The notes beneath the pieces were generated by a model that had not been told where the DNA came from, did no database searches, and saw only the letters and a list, made by a program, of their open reading frames with translations. A program made the translations under genes and the position numbers. A stretch of DNA of 64,000 nucleotides from an uncultured bacterium (GTDB lineage Bacteria; Acidobacteriota; Blastocatellia; Pyrinomonadales; Pyrinomonadaceae), in NCBI GenBank assembly GCA_965653675.1, contig CBFHBA010000021.1, positions 2,386 to 66,385 of the forward strand, in the 5' to 3' direction. The first letter of the stretch is position 1; the number at the start of each line of letters is the position of its first letter. Below are positions 27,335-36,474 of this stretch, piece after piece.

Positions 27335-28366
27335 TCAAAAGCGCCACGCTGCTCCGGTGTGGCACCGTTTACAACTCGTAAAGTCGTCACCGCCAAATGC
27401 GCGTTTGCCGTTGTGACAAGTCATGCAACTTTGACCACGGCCGGTCGCGTGATGATTGAGCGGCTCAGGCGTCGTGACTTGTCGTCGCTGCGCCTGACCG
27501 GGACGGACGTCGTGACATTCGCTGCACGTCACCTTCTCGTGCTTCGCATGGCTGAATCCCACGCGAAAGGCCGGCATCATCATGGGCGTACGCGCGTAGC
27601 CACCGAGTTGATGACAGGTTCCGCACGAAGAAATGTCGCGCCCACCGGATTGTGCGCGTGGCGTGTGACAACGAAAGCACGTCGTGTGCGCATTGAAATC
27701 AGCGGGAATCGTCATCGCGACGCCGCTGCGCGCAGGTTTGTGACAAGTCGCGCAGCTTACACTTCCCATGCTGACATGACGAGCGTGATCGAACTTCATC
27801 CTAAAACTCATCAATCGCGACGGAAATGGCTTAGTGGCTCCCGACTTCGGATCGGTGTGACAGATGGTGCAAATCGGACTATCCGGCGACGAGAACTGCT
27901 GCGCGTGACATCCTGCGCACGGAAGATGCTGTGACGCACCAGGACGTTTCGGCACCGACGCGTTCGAATCGCGACGATGGCACAGCAAGCAAGGCAGGCG
28001 CGAATGATTGCGGCTACTGTGCTGAAACTTCGAGTAGTCGAGTCCTTCGGGAAACTGCATTTGTGTCTGTGGCGACTGCTCTCCAAAACCTGTCGAGGCG
28101 TGAGAATTAGATGCGCGGAACACACCAAAACCGAGCACGAGAATGACGAACAGCGCCGCAGGCGCGAAATATTTATAGAATCGTAAGCCCGAATTGATTT
28201 GTTGCGGCTCTGCCGTCTGATGCCCGGTGGTGGCTCCGCCCCACCGGTCGACGTGCGTAACACGTTCTTGGGCTGCGCCCATTATTCGGGCGAAGCCCGG
28301 GTATCGAATTGATAAGCCTGATCGGAAGGTCAAAGACCTTCCGCATATCAGGCGGCCCAGCCGCAT
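27335..28366 (-). CDS. nonahaem cytochrome built from three c7-type trihaem modules
   Basis: 9 CXXCH motifs arranged as three modules, each of the form F.H..(.)H followed by 3 x CXXCH (FQHSSRNH..., FDHARH..., FSHAKH...). The start at 28366 is chosen to follow the upstream stop at 28384. One TM/signal anchor. Confidence 0.75.
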   Translation of the reverse strand: MRLGRLICGRSLTFRSGLSIRYPGFARIMGAAQERVTHVDRWGGATTGHQTAEPQQINSGLRFYKYFAPAALFVILVLGFGVFRASNSHASTGFGEQSPQTQMQFPEGLDYSKFQHSSRNHSRLPCLLCHRRDSNASVPKRPGASQHLPCAGCHAQQFSSPDSPICTICHTDPKSGATKPFPSRLMSFRMKFDHARHVSMGSVSCATCHKPARSGVAMTIPADFNAHTTCFRCHTPRAQSGGRDISSCGTCHQLGGYARTPMMMPAFRVGFSHAKHEKVTCSECHDVRPGQAQRRQVTTPEPLNHHATGRGQSCMTCHNGKRAFGGDDFTSCKRCHTGAAWRF

Positions 28367-28383
28367 CCATATGAATCTGATTC

Positions 28384-29610
28384 TCAAAGCGTCTTCTTCG
28401 GTTTCGGTGGCGGAATCGCCTGGGGATGGCTTTCGGGAATTGGTCCTTTTCCGAATGTCACATGACATTTTGTGCAGGTAAAATTCGGATCTTTCTTCTT
28501 CGCGTCGATTTCAAAATTCAGGATGCCGCCATCGTCGGTCGTAGTAGTGATGTGACAACCATCCGCGCCACCACAGGACTTGATCGGCACCTTCATTGTT
28601 TTGAAATCGACGGTGCTGAAAGTCGTAGTGTCAACCTTGTGACAATTCAGACAGTTCAAATCGGGGTGCTCGCCGCCTTCGTGACGAAATCCGCCCGCCG
28701 AAATGCGTCGACTCCAACGCGCAAGCATGGTTGCGTCAGCGCCCATGCTCGCGACCAGCGCCGCGTCAAAATCAGTCTGGGTCGGTTTTGGCGGTTGCAG
28801 CTTATGACAGACTTCGCAGTTCTTTGGCTCGGGCGCGATCCCGGAATCAGCGCTGTGACAAGTGAAGCAGATCGTGTGGCTGTTCGGAATCGTCTTGAAT
28901 GTTCCCTTCTTCAGCCAAAAGTTGTCGCCGAGGTTCTTCGGCGGTTTAGTCACATACTCTTCGCTTGATTGTCCCTGCGGCTGATACGTCTGATGACAAA
29001 CGGGGCAGCTCGCTGGGATCGCCGACTTCTTTTGCTGAAACGAAACGGAAACAAAGCGCAATGGTGCGTTCAACCAGCTCACGACGTCGATATGTTTGTC
29101 GTGCGGAAAGCCCACGCCGAATTCGGAAACAAACTCGCGACGCTTCAGTTTTGGATCAGTAAGATCGCCGAGGCTCGGAAACAGCCAACGCGCCGTATCT
29201 TTTGGCGTAACTGCGATATGACAGTTTGAGCAGATCGCCGGCGCCGGCTGTTCTCGCGCAAAAAATTGCGTGCGATGGCATTCAAGACAACTTGAGTGCT
29301 CAGGAAAATCCGAGACATCGGCGAAAGCCGCGGCGCCTTTGCGCACGAGGTTCCAATTTTTCGAAGGCACTTTGTGACATGAATTGCACGCGAGCTTTTG
29401 ACCCACCACATGCGTCGTATGCGAGAACGTTGTGTAGTCGTTCTTGGGCGTAGGCGGCTTTGGTTTTTGCTTGCGAGTCCGCGAGCGACGCTGGGCGCTG
29501 GACACAATGCCGACTGACGCCTCGAGAAAGCAGAGCGCCGTAACACAAACCAGAATTATGAGTGCAACCCGCCCAATGATCGTCAAAATGTGAGACAGTC
29601 TCCGCCTCAT
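28384..29610 (-). CDS. nonahaem cytochrome built from three c7-type trihaem modules (one CX4CH site)
   Basis: 8 CXXCH motifs plus CGGADGCH. The modules are headed by FSHTTH, FPHDKH and FRHEGGEH. N-terminal signal anchor. Confidence 0.75.
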   Translation of the reverse strand: MRRRLSHILTIIGRVALIILVCVTALCFLEASVGIVSSAQRRSRTRKQKPKPPTPKNDYTTFSHTTHVVGQKLACNSCHKVPSKNWNLVRKGAAAFADVSDFPEHSSCLECHRTQFFAREQPAPAICSNCHIAVTPKDTARWLFPSLGDLTDPKLKRREFVSEFGVGFPHDKHIDVVSWLNAPLRFVSVSFQQKKSAIPASCPVCHQTYQPQGQSSEEYVTKPPKNLGDNFWLKKGTFKTIPNSHTICFTCHSADSGIAPEPKNCEVCHKLQPPKPTQTDFDAALVASMGADATMLARWSRRISAGGFRHEGGEHPDLNCLNCHKVDTTTFSTVDFKTMKVPIKSCGGADGCHITTTTDDGGILNFEIDAKKKDPNFTCTKCHVTFGKGPIPESHPQAIPPPKPKKTL

Positions 29611-29615
29611 CCGAG

Positions 29616-31007
29616 TTAACCAACGTCGGTCTGTTGTTGCCGGGCTTCGATTTGCCTGATCTTTAAATAAACGAGCGTTGCCAAAAATAAAATGAACAGG
29701 AGTGAAACTGCCAGTCCCTTTCGCCGGAAACTAAGTTCGGCGAGCGCGCCGACGCCAGCCTGGTAACCCTTGTTCGCCGCATCCATCCCAGGTTCGATGA
29801 CTTTATTGACCTCAGCCGTTGACGAAGAATGAATCAAGACTCGCGCATGCGTCAGCGCATCGGTCGCGCCCTTCAAATCGAATTTCGGCTTGCTAACTTC
29901 CATGCCTTTGCGTTCGGCCAGGTTTAAAATCGCCGTCGACTTGTCGATGCTGGCGATCAGCTGGTCGATGCGCGAACGCATTGCCCCCGCGGCCACAAAT
30001 CCTTTGTCACCCTGCGTGTGGCAGTTGATGCAAAGCGCGCCTTGCTGTGTGCCAATCAGCGCGTCGCCGGGTTTCGGAATGGCGTGATTGCCATGACAAG
30101 TGATGCACTCGCCGAGTTGCTTGTCGTCGAACGCTTTTTTGTGCGGACTTGTCTGGAACAACTCAGCCTGTCGCGCGTGACATTGGCCGCAAACATTGGC
30201 GACCGAAGCAATCCCGGGCGGCGTCGCGCCATGATTGCCATGACAATCGTTACAAGTCGGCGCCGACAAATCCTGTTTGTCGTAGAGCGCTTTCGCGTGA
30301 ACGCTCAGCTTGTAATTGTCGAACTGGTTCGTCGGAATCCCGAACGGCTTCATGTAGTCGGCGCTCGCGTGACACTTCGCGCACGTGTTCGCAACGTTGC
30401 TCGGATAAACAGATGAAAGTGGATCGCTAGGCGCGCGAATGCCATGGACGCTGTGGCAACTTATGCAGGTTGCGACGCGTGTCTCGCCTTTCTCCTTCAA
30501 CAAACGGCCGTGGACGCTGGTGTAATACTCGCGTTCCTGGTCAACGCGCAGCGAAGGGTTGAACCGCTTCATCAGACTGGCGTCGCTGTGACACTTGCCA
30601 CAATAGGCCGGGATGTCGAGCGTTTTTGGTTTTCCCAGATAACCTTTGCGAACGTCGTGCGCAGCTTCCGCGGTGGTCGCGTTCGGATCACCACCATGGC
30701 AGTCGTTGCACATTAACCCGCGCGCTTTATGAATGTCGTTGTCGAACAACTTTGCGGGGGCGCTGATGCGTGGATCGGCTAGCTTGGCGTGACACTCGAT
30801 GCAAGAGTTTTTCTGTTGGGCTACGCCAAGCGTAAAGACGGTCAGAACTGCAATAACAACTCCAGCGACAGTCAGTCCTCTGTGTCTCTGTGCGATCTCG
30901 GTGTCTCTGTGGTGAGCATCCTCGCGCGACATATCACCACAGAGACACGGAGATCCACCGAGGCACAGAGACTTGATCCCGTACCGTTTCAAGATTCCTT
31001 CGCTCAT
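29616..31007 (-). CDS. nonahaem c-type cytochrome with a C-terminal transmembrane anchor (candidate cytochrome c subunit of the adjacent Rieske/cyt b complex)
   Basis: 9 CXXCH motifs and a C-terminal helix LAVSLLFILFLATLVYLKI. Codons 12-44 are encoded by a palindromic repeat, and ATG 30932 is an alternative start. Confidence 0.75.
   Translation of the reverse strand: MSEGILKRYGIKSLCLGGSPCLCGDMSREDAHHRDTEIAQRHRGLTVAGVVIAVLTVFTLGVAQQKNSCIECHAKLADPRISAPAKLFDNDIHKARGLMCNDCHGGDPNATTAEAAHDVRKGYLGKPKTLDIPAYCGKCHSDASLMKRFNPSLRVDQEREYYTSVHGRLLKEKGETRVATCISCHSVHGIRAPSDPLSSVYPSNVANTCAKCHASADYMKPFGIPTNQFDNYKLSVHAKALYDKQDLSAPTCNDCHGNHGATPPGIASVANVCGQCHARQAELFQTSPHKKAFDDKQLGECITCHGNHAIPKPGDALIGTQQGALCINCHTQGDKGFVAAGAMRSRIDQLIASIDKSTAILNLAERKGMEVSKPKFDLKGATDALTHARVLIHSSSTAEVNKVIEPGMDAANKGYQAGVGALAELSFRRKGLAVSLLFILFLATLVYLKIRQIEARQQQTDVG
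30877..30972. repeat. palindromic element (CACAGAGAC family) lying in frame inside the 5' end of the cytochrome gene
   Basis: A perfect 15-bp inner stem (gtgtctctgtggtga at 30901-30915 versus tcaccacagagacac at 30934-30948) plus imperfect outer arms. Length 96 nt, which is 32 codons. Confidence 0.8.
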
Positions 31008-31012
31008 ACTTT

Positions 31013-31055
31013 ATCCACAGCGCCGTCATCGCTTCGCTCTGCCGGCGCACTCCCA
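31013..31055 (+). repeat. solo half-copy of the 8126-8165 repeat arm
   Basis: atccacagcgccgtcatcgcttcgctctgccggcgcactccca aligns with atccaaagcgccgtcgccgcttcgctctgccggcgcactccag. Confidence 0.75.
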
Positions 31056-31056
31056 A

Positions 31057-32121
31057 TCACTTCGCGACGTATCCAACGATCGTCATCACGGCGATGTAAA
31101 CGACTGCAACTATGCCCACGATATTAAAGATCAAGTGCTTGCGGCGATTCGCGGGATCGCGATCAATAAACGGCACAACAAACAAAAGCGCGGCGATGAT
31201 GTTGAATGCCATGATCCCCAGCACTTCGCCGTCCATTCCGAGAATTTTTGCCGGCAACCACTTCAATGTCTGAAACATAAAAAGGAAGTACCACTCCGGC
31301 TTGATGCCGGCGGGCGCGGGCGCAAACGGATCAGCTTTCTCTCCCAGTTCCCACGGGAAAATTGCCGCGAGCGCTGCCAATACGCCGATAGCCAGAATCC
31401 AGCCGATCAAATCCCGCATGATGAAGTTCGGAAAAAACTTCATCCGGCGGTAGTTGTGTTCGTATTTCTTCGGCACGTGCATGCCGTGCAGTTGCACGAG
31501 CGCGACGTGCACGCCGAGAAACACGGTCGCAGTCGCAGGCAGCACGGCGACGTGAAAACCGAAGAACCGCGTCAGGGTCGCGCCGGTCACGTCGTCGCCG
31601 CCACGCAGAAAACGCAGCACCGGATGTCCCACGATGGGCACGACTCCGGCAATTTCAGTCCCGACCTTCGTCGCAAAAAACGCAAGCTTGTTCCAGGGCA
31701 AAAGGTACCCGCTGAACCCAAAACAGATCACGATGAAGAGCAGGAATACGCCACTGACCCAGGTAATCTCGCGCGGTTTGTGATAAGCGCGCAGAAAAAA
31801 GACGCTGAACATGTGAACGAACAGCGCCGCGATCATCAGGTTGGCCGACCAACTGTGAATCGAGCGAATCAACCAGCCGAACTTAACCTCGGTGATGATG
31901 AACTGAACGCTTTCGAAAGCGTTCTCAGCACTCGGGCGGTAGTAAAGCAGCAGGAGAATTCCAGTGACAACTTGCACGACGAACAGAAACAAGGTCATGC
32001 CGCCGAAGTAGTACCAGATCGAATGGCGCTGGAGGGGGACTTCCTTTTTGTCGGCGAGCTTTGTCAGCGTGCTAATCGACAGACGCTCGTCGAGCCAATT
32101 GGTCAGGGGCTGGATTCTCAT
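31057..32121 (-). CDS. cytochrome b (bc-complex, fused N- and C-terminal domains)
   Basis: The start is taken at ATG 32121 ([14 protein letters not shown]...). [37 protein letters not shown] and multiple TM helices. The upstream 31 codons of the ORF are repeat-encoded. Confidence 0.85.
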   Translation of the reverse strand: MRIQPLTNWLDERLSISTLTKLADKKEVPLQRHSIWYYFGGMTLFLFVVQVVTGILLLLYYRPSAENAFESVQFIITEVKFGWLIRSIHSWSANLMIAALFVHMFSVFFLRAYHKPREITWVSGVFLLFIVICFGFSGYLLPWNKLAFFATKVGTEIAGVVPIVGHPVLRFLRGGDDVTGATLTRFFGFHVAVLPATATVFLGVHVALVQLHGMHVPKKYEHNYRRMKFFPNFIMRDLIGWILAIGVLAALAAIFPWELGEKADPFAPAPAGIKPEWYFLFMFQTLKWLPAKILGMDGEVLGIMAFNIIAALLFVVPFIDRDPANRRKHLIFNIVGIVAVVYIAVMTIVGYVAK

Positions 32122-32141
32122 CGCTGAAAAGCAACCGGCTT

Positions 32142-32261
32142 TTCTGTAGCCCAGGCGTTTACCCTGGGAAAGCGTTGGAAGACTTCTGCAAAGCCTCCTT
32201 AGGGAGGCTTCCAATCATTTGATAAATCCGTGACCCAGCCGTAAACGGCTGGGCTACAGAA
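32142..32261. repeat. palindromic MITE-like element between the Rieske and cytochrome b genes
   Basis: ttctgtagcccaggcgtttaccctggg (32142-32168) versus cccagccgtaaacggctgggctacagaa (32234-32261) is 24/27 complementary. There is an inner hairpin aagcctcc/ggaggctt. Confidence 0.8.
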
Positions 32262-32266
32262 ATCCA

Positions 32267-32743
32267 TTAACTGCGCGTTACCACCACATCGTCGCCGCGC
32301 GTGTTGACCTTGAACTCTTCCAAAGGCCTTGGCGGAGGGCCGCCGATGTTTTTTCCGCTCAAGTTGTATTGCCCGTTGTGACAGGCGCACCAAATCTGTT
32401 TCGTGTCTTCTTTGTACTGGACAATGCATTCCAGGTGTGTGCACACCGCCGAAAATGCTTTGAACTCGCCGGCCGCCGTATGGACCAGGATGCCGGGCTT
32501 GTTCCCGAATTTGAAGATTTTTCCTGAGTTCGGCGGCACCTCGCTTAGTTTCGCCGCCACGACTGAATTCTCCGCCGACTCGACAATTTGCGGCGGCGTC
32601 ATGAACTTGAGAATGGGATAGATGATCGCGCCCAAAGTCGCGACGGCGCTGGTGCCAAGCAGCCAATCGAGAAAGCTTCTGCGCGCTGGTGAGTGAGGCG
32701 CGCTGAGATCAGTTTTGGAGTTACGCCGAATGTCAGAGTTCAT
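32267..32743 (-). CDS. Rieske [2Fe-2S] protein
   Basis: 158 aa with a twin-arginine-like [10 protein letters not shown], plus CTHLEC and CACHNGQY cluster boxes. Confidence 0.85.
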   Translation of the reverse strand: MNSDIRRNSKTDLSAPHSPARRSFLDWLLGTSAVATLGAIIYPILKFMTPPQIVESAENSVVAAKLSEVPPNSGKIFKFGNKPGILVHTAAGEFKAFSAVCTHLECIVQYKEDTKQIWCACHNGQYNLSGKNIGGPPPRPLEEFKVNTRGDDVVVTRS

Positions 32744-32806
32744 TCGGACAATCCTCCCGATCAGAGATTGAACAACATTTACAGCGATTAAAAACTACTT
32801 ACTTAT

Positions 32807-32846
32807 GCGAACTCCAGCTTTGGCGATAACCTTAGCTGGAGTTCGC
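32807..32846 (-). terminator. perfect 13-bp stem hairpin after the beta-barrel gene (weak terminator or processing site)
   Basis: gcgaactccagct (32807-32819) pairs with agctggagttcgc (32834-32846) around a 14-nt loop. On the minus strand a TTTTT run begins 12 nt after the stem. Confidence 0.4.
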
Positions 32847-32872
32847 GTTTGATTCAACTAGAATGTCCGCGA

Positions 32873-35245
32873 CTATTCCTTGCGCCCAATGTAAACGCGC
32901 AGCGACATGTATGGCAGATGCGTGTGATAGTTCTGCGCGCGCGGAGCGTTCAGTGGAAACGTTCTCAGAAATCCATCCTCGTTGTAGTTGAAGTATTGAT
33001 AGCCCAGGTTCCAATCCAGATGACGATTCAATCGGATTGCGATTCTGCCTTCCGGCGATTGGAAACTCATCGGATAAGAAGTGATCAAGGTGCCGCCTTC
33101 GTTAGCCGGATTCTTGAGCACGCCATTAACAATTATGCCGCCCGGAATCGGAGTTCCTCCCGCTGGATCTGACAACCGATCGCCTTGGCCATTGTCTAGA
33201 TTGACGCGATACGAACCATAGAAGGACACGCGCCAATTTGGCCGCCACACGACGTCGCCGTAGAAGAAGTTGTTCCTCTGGAAGTACAACGCATGGCCGA
33301 AGTGGTGAAACACCGCCGCGGGTGCCGATCCCGTTGGCGGAATTACTTGATACACATAATCGATCGTCGCATCGCTGTTGACCCAGTTGTAGTTATAGCC
33401 AAAGCTAAGCGAGAGGTTATCTTTCACAACCCAATCGAGAGACGACTGGAAAATACGCGTCTTCAAATTAACTGCAAAATCCGAAAGCGACTCGCCGGCA
33501 ATCTCGGATGGGTTTGAGTTGTCGCGGATGATCATTCCCAGGTTGAGATTTACTCTCCGATTTGGGACCCATCTGCTTTTCGCGCGAAGGTTCGTGTAGT
33601 CGTAGTTGCCGATGCGCGTGAAGACGTTATCAGCCGTCCCGTGTTCAGCGTCGAAATAAACAGTCCAATTCTTTGTCGGCCGCATCCGAAAACCACCGAG
33701 GATCGCATGCGTATGGTTGTCTTCAGTTTCAAATTCCGGCGTTTCCAGTGTCGGAGCGTTGGAGTTCAGATGGTAACCCGAGAGCGTCTGCTCTTCGTGT
33801 CGGTGCCCGTAACGGTAGCCAAAATGGATGGAATAGTTATGGTTGAACTGGTAATCACCCTCAACTGTGTTTTGGTATTTACGGTAACTCGTAGTCTTGA
33901 ACTCTTGCAGGAAACTGAAGCTGCGCGTGTCCACTAAGCCCGCGGTAGTCCGCACTTGGAAGAAGTCGTTGAACGTTGCAAATCCGTCGATCGTGAAGTC
34001 TTCTACGCGGAAGGTATTCGAAATCCGCAGCTTGTCAGTTGCCAATATCGTCAACCCAACGTCACCTTGCGTATTTGGGCGCGACACCGACGACGGAATG
34101 TTATAGGCGCCCAGCAGCAACGTGTTGGGGGGGCCCGGCTGGCCGCTAATACGGCTATTGAAGTTGACTGCCGTTTCGTTTTCCAGAAAGACGGAGTTTG
34201 CAGTCGCCTTGCTGTAGATAAACCGTCCTGTGATATCGAACCGTTTCGCCAGCAACGTGTGCGCGCTAAGTCGCGTAAAGTCTACGCGACCGCGAGTGGG
34301 CTCTTGGCGGTTGAACGAGGTGAACCGCGCGACCGCAGACGAATTCGTTAGGTTATTCGGATTGATGTAAGCGGGGACGGTTGCGATCGCGTTGTCATCT
34401 TTGGACCAACGGATGCCGTGCAGGATCGTCCAATCGACTTTTCCGATTCTTCCTTCCGCGCCGAATCGCCAGTCGTTCGCCCGTGTGCGTGAATCAACCA
34501 GGGCCTGAAATTCGTTACCGCCCTGGTGATAGGTCGTGAAAAACGGACCGCTGTAATGTTCCGGCGAATAGCCGATGTTGAAACGGATCCACTCGTTCTT
34601 TGGCAGAAGCGTTAGATCAAAGTCGCCGAACTCGGTGCGCGTGTTGTAGCCATGCAGTCCAGTTATGGAGCTCGGCGGTACAGGAAAGTAATTTGTGCCC
34701 CCGGGCGTCCCAAAGACCCAATTGGGATTCACGATGTTGTTCAGAAAACGATAGTACTTTGCGCGTCGATAGTTCCCTTCGAACTTATACCACTCAGGTT
34801 TCTCTGCGCTGATCCGCATGCTGCTTGTGGGATCGGCGCCCCAGCCAGTAGCAGTCACGAGCAAGGTATCAAACAGACCGCCCTTACCTTCCTTTGCCCG
34901 CATCAGAAAACTGCTGTCGAACAAGCGCGGTCCGGCTTTGTAGCCCAAGTCGCTTCGGTATTTGCGCTCATCCCCATACACGCCGAGGCCGCGATACCCG
35001 ACTTCGAAGCTGGATGTCACGATGTAATCGCCTGCCTCATCGCCGGTCGTGGTCGACGTCGGAATCGTGTCTGTCTTTTTCGACGTTGCCTTTTTCGACG
35101 TTGCGCTCGTGTTCGACGTTGTGTTTTTGTTTTTTGACTGGTCATCAGTCGAACTCGGTTGCGCCGCTGCGACGCCGGCAAGTAACAGGAGGCCAAGAAC
35201 CACTACGGGAACCATCCGCAACCGCTTTATCGTGTTGCTATTCAT
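32873..35245 (-). CDS. large outer-membrane beta-barrel protein (MtrB/PioB-like by size, position and composition)
   Basis: The start is taken at ATG 35245 (MNSNTIKRLRMVPVVVLGLLLLAGVAAAQ signal peptide). About 790 aa, with a Ser/Thr/Lys-rich linker followed by Gly/Tyr/Asn-rich alternating beta-strand-like sequence. It lies directly downstream of the decahaem gene. Confidence 0.6.
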   Translation of the reverse strand: MNSNTIKRLRMVPVVVLGLLLLAGVAAAQPSSTDDQSKNKNTTSNTSATSKKATSKKTDTIPTSTTTGDEAGDYIVTSSFEVGYRGLGVYGDERKYRSDLGYKAGPRLFDSSFLMRAKEGKGGLFDTLLVTATGWGADPTSSMRISAEKPEWYKFEGNYRRAKYYRFLNNIVNPNWVFGTPGGTNYFPVPPSSITGLHGYNTRTEFGDFDLTLLPKNEWIRFNIGYSPEHYSGPFFTTYHQGGNEFQALVDSRTRANDWRFGAEGRIGKVDWTILHGIRWSKDDNAIATVPAYINPNNLTNSSAVARFTSFNRQEPTRGRVDFTRLSAHTLLAKRFDITGRFIYSKATANSVFLENETAVNFNSRISGQPGPPNTLLLGAYNIPSSVSRPNTQGDVGLTILATDKLRISNTFRVEDFTIDGFATFNDFFQVRTTAGLVDTRSFSFLQEFKTTSYRKYQNTVEGDYQFNHNYSIHFGYRYGHRHEEQTLSGYHLNSNAPTLETPEFETEDNHTHAILGGFRMRPTKNWTVYFDAEHGTADNVFTRIGNYDYTNLRAKSRWVPNRRVNLNLGMIIRDNSNPSEIAGESLSDFAVNLKTRIFQSSLDWVVKDNLSLSFGYNYNWVNSDATIDYVYQVIPPTGSAPAAVFHHFGHALYFQRNNFFYGDVVWRPNWRVSFYGSYRVNLDNGQGDRLSDPAGGTPIPGGIIVNGVLKNPANEGGTLITSYPMSFQSPEGRIAIRLNRHLDWNLGYQYFNYNEDGFLRTFPLNAPRAQNYHTHLPYMSLRVYIGRKE

Positions 35246-35338
35246 GACTTTTATCCTTGACTCAATGAACTCGATTAATGGCGAGCCGGGGCGCGCCAAA
35301 CACGGCGGCGGGCATGGCCCGCCGCCAGAGAATCCGCA

Positions 35339-36349
35339 TTAGCGGAAGAAGACCGGACTCGTGCGCGAACCATGAATCTTGATGTGACAAGCGGTGCAGT
35401 TCGCGTACTGCGCGTTTTGGTTGTGCGACGGTCCAGAGGGTTCAATCGCGCCGACATCGTGCGACAAACTATGGCAGGTCAGACAAAGCTGATTGACCGA
35501 GCTGTAGCGCAGCAACCGCGGATTCGCGGAACCGTGCGGTGTGTGACAAGCGGTGCAGCCTTCAGTCTTCACCGGCGCGTGTTCGTAGGTGAACGGCCCC
35601 TGCTTGTCAGCGTGACACTTGATGCAAGCTGCATCAGCGCCGGTCGCCAACCGCGTTTGTTTCAGCTCAAAGCCGCCATGCGGGTTGTGACAATCGCTGC
35701 AACGCATCGTGCCTTCCAGCACTTTGTGATGGAACGGCATATTGAATTGCGGCTTCACCTCGGTGTGACAGCTCTCGCAAAGCTGCGGGTCGTTCGCCCT
35801 TAACATCCGAGTCGTCGCGAAACCTGGCTTCTCCGCGTTGACGCTCGTCACTTGATAATTCGAACTGGCCAGGTTTCGACCAGCGACACCTGAGTGCGGC
35901 GAGTGACAATCCGTGCAGCCTATGTCGTTGCGCCAGTGTTCGCCACGACGGAAGTTATTGCGCTCTTCTTTGCCGGCGTGGCATGTCAGACAAATCTCAG
36001 AAGCTTCCTTCGGAGTCTTGTGCTTGAACGAAATGATCTTGGTGACGTCACCACCACCTTCGACGTGCGCCTGGCCCGGGCCGTGACACGATTCACATCC
36101 CGTCACTTTGTTTTTCCAATCGGCAATCTTTGCCAGTTCCGCGTGCGCAGTGTGCGAGTAGGCTTTGAATTGATCTTCGTGACAGTCTTTGCAGACTTCC
36201 GTGCCCACGTAGTCCGCAGGCAAAGGTTTGTCGTCCGTCACTGCGGAACGCGCGGTCGCTTGCGAGCTGCGCGCTCCGACTAGCCACACGACAACTGCCA
36301 ACGCTGCTGCCAGGAAGAGCGTTGCGTTGATTGTTTTCCTGAGTCTCAC
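35339..36349 (-). CDS. periplasmic decahaem c-type cytochrome (MtrA/DmsE/PioA/MtoA family-like)
   Basis: 336 aa with a signal peptide and 10 CXXCH motifs with MtrA-like spacing and C..CH.PHG(S/G) contexts. Confidence 0.8.
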   Translation of the reverse strand: MRLRKTINATLFLAAALAVVVWLVGARSSQATARSAVTDDKPLPADYVGTEVCKDCHEDQFKAYSHTAHAELAKIADWKNKVTGCESCHGPGQAHVEGGGDVTKIISFKHKTPKEASEICLTCHAGKEERNNFRRGEHWRNDIGCTDCHSPHSGVAGRNLASSNYQVTSVNAEKPGFATTRMLRANDPQLCESCHTEVKPQFNMPFHHKVLEGTMRCSDCHNPHGGFELKQTRLATGADAACIKCHADKQGPFTYEHAPVKTEGCTACHTPHGSANPRLLRYSSVNQLCLTCHSLSHDVGAIEPSGPSHNQNAQYANCTACHIKIHGSRTSPVFFR

Positions 36350-36474
36350 TTGGAGCCTCCGTTCTCTAATTGAAAGTGCCTGCCGACTGCAGACGAATTA
36401 CGAAGTAAAAAGACCTGAACAACCGCTTGCATGCTACGTGGACACACTCTGGCGGTCTGTGATGACCGTCACCG

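Noticed and set aside
30973-32127. 384-aa plus-strand ORF.
   Set aside because: It is antisense to the cytochrome b gene. The translation is Arg/His/Gln-rich with no domain features. The minus-strand frame gives a canonical cytochrome b.
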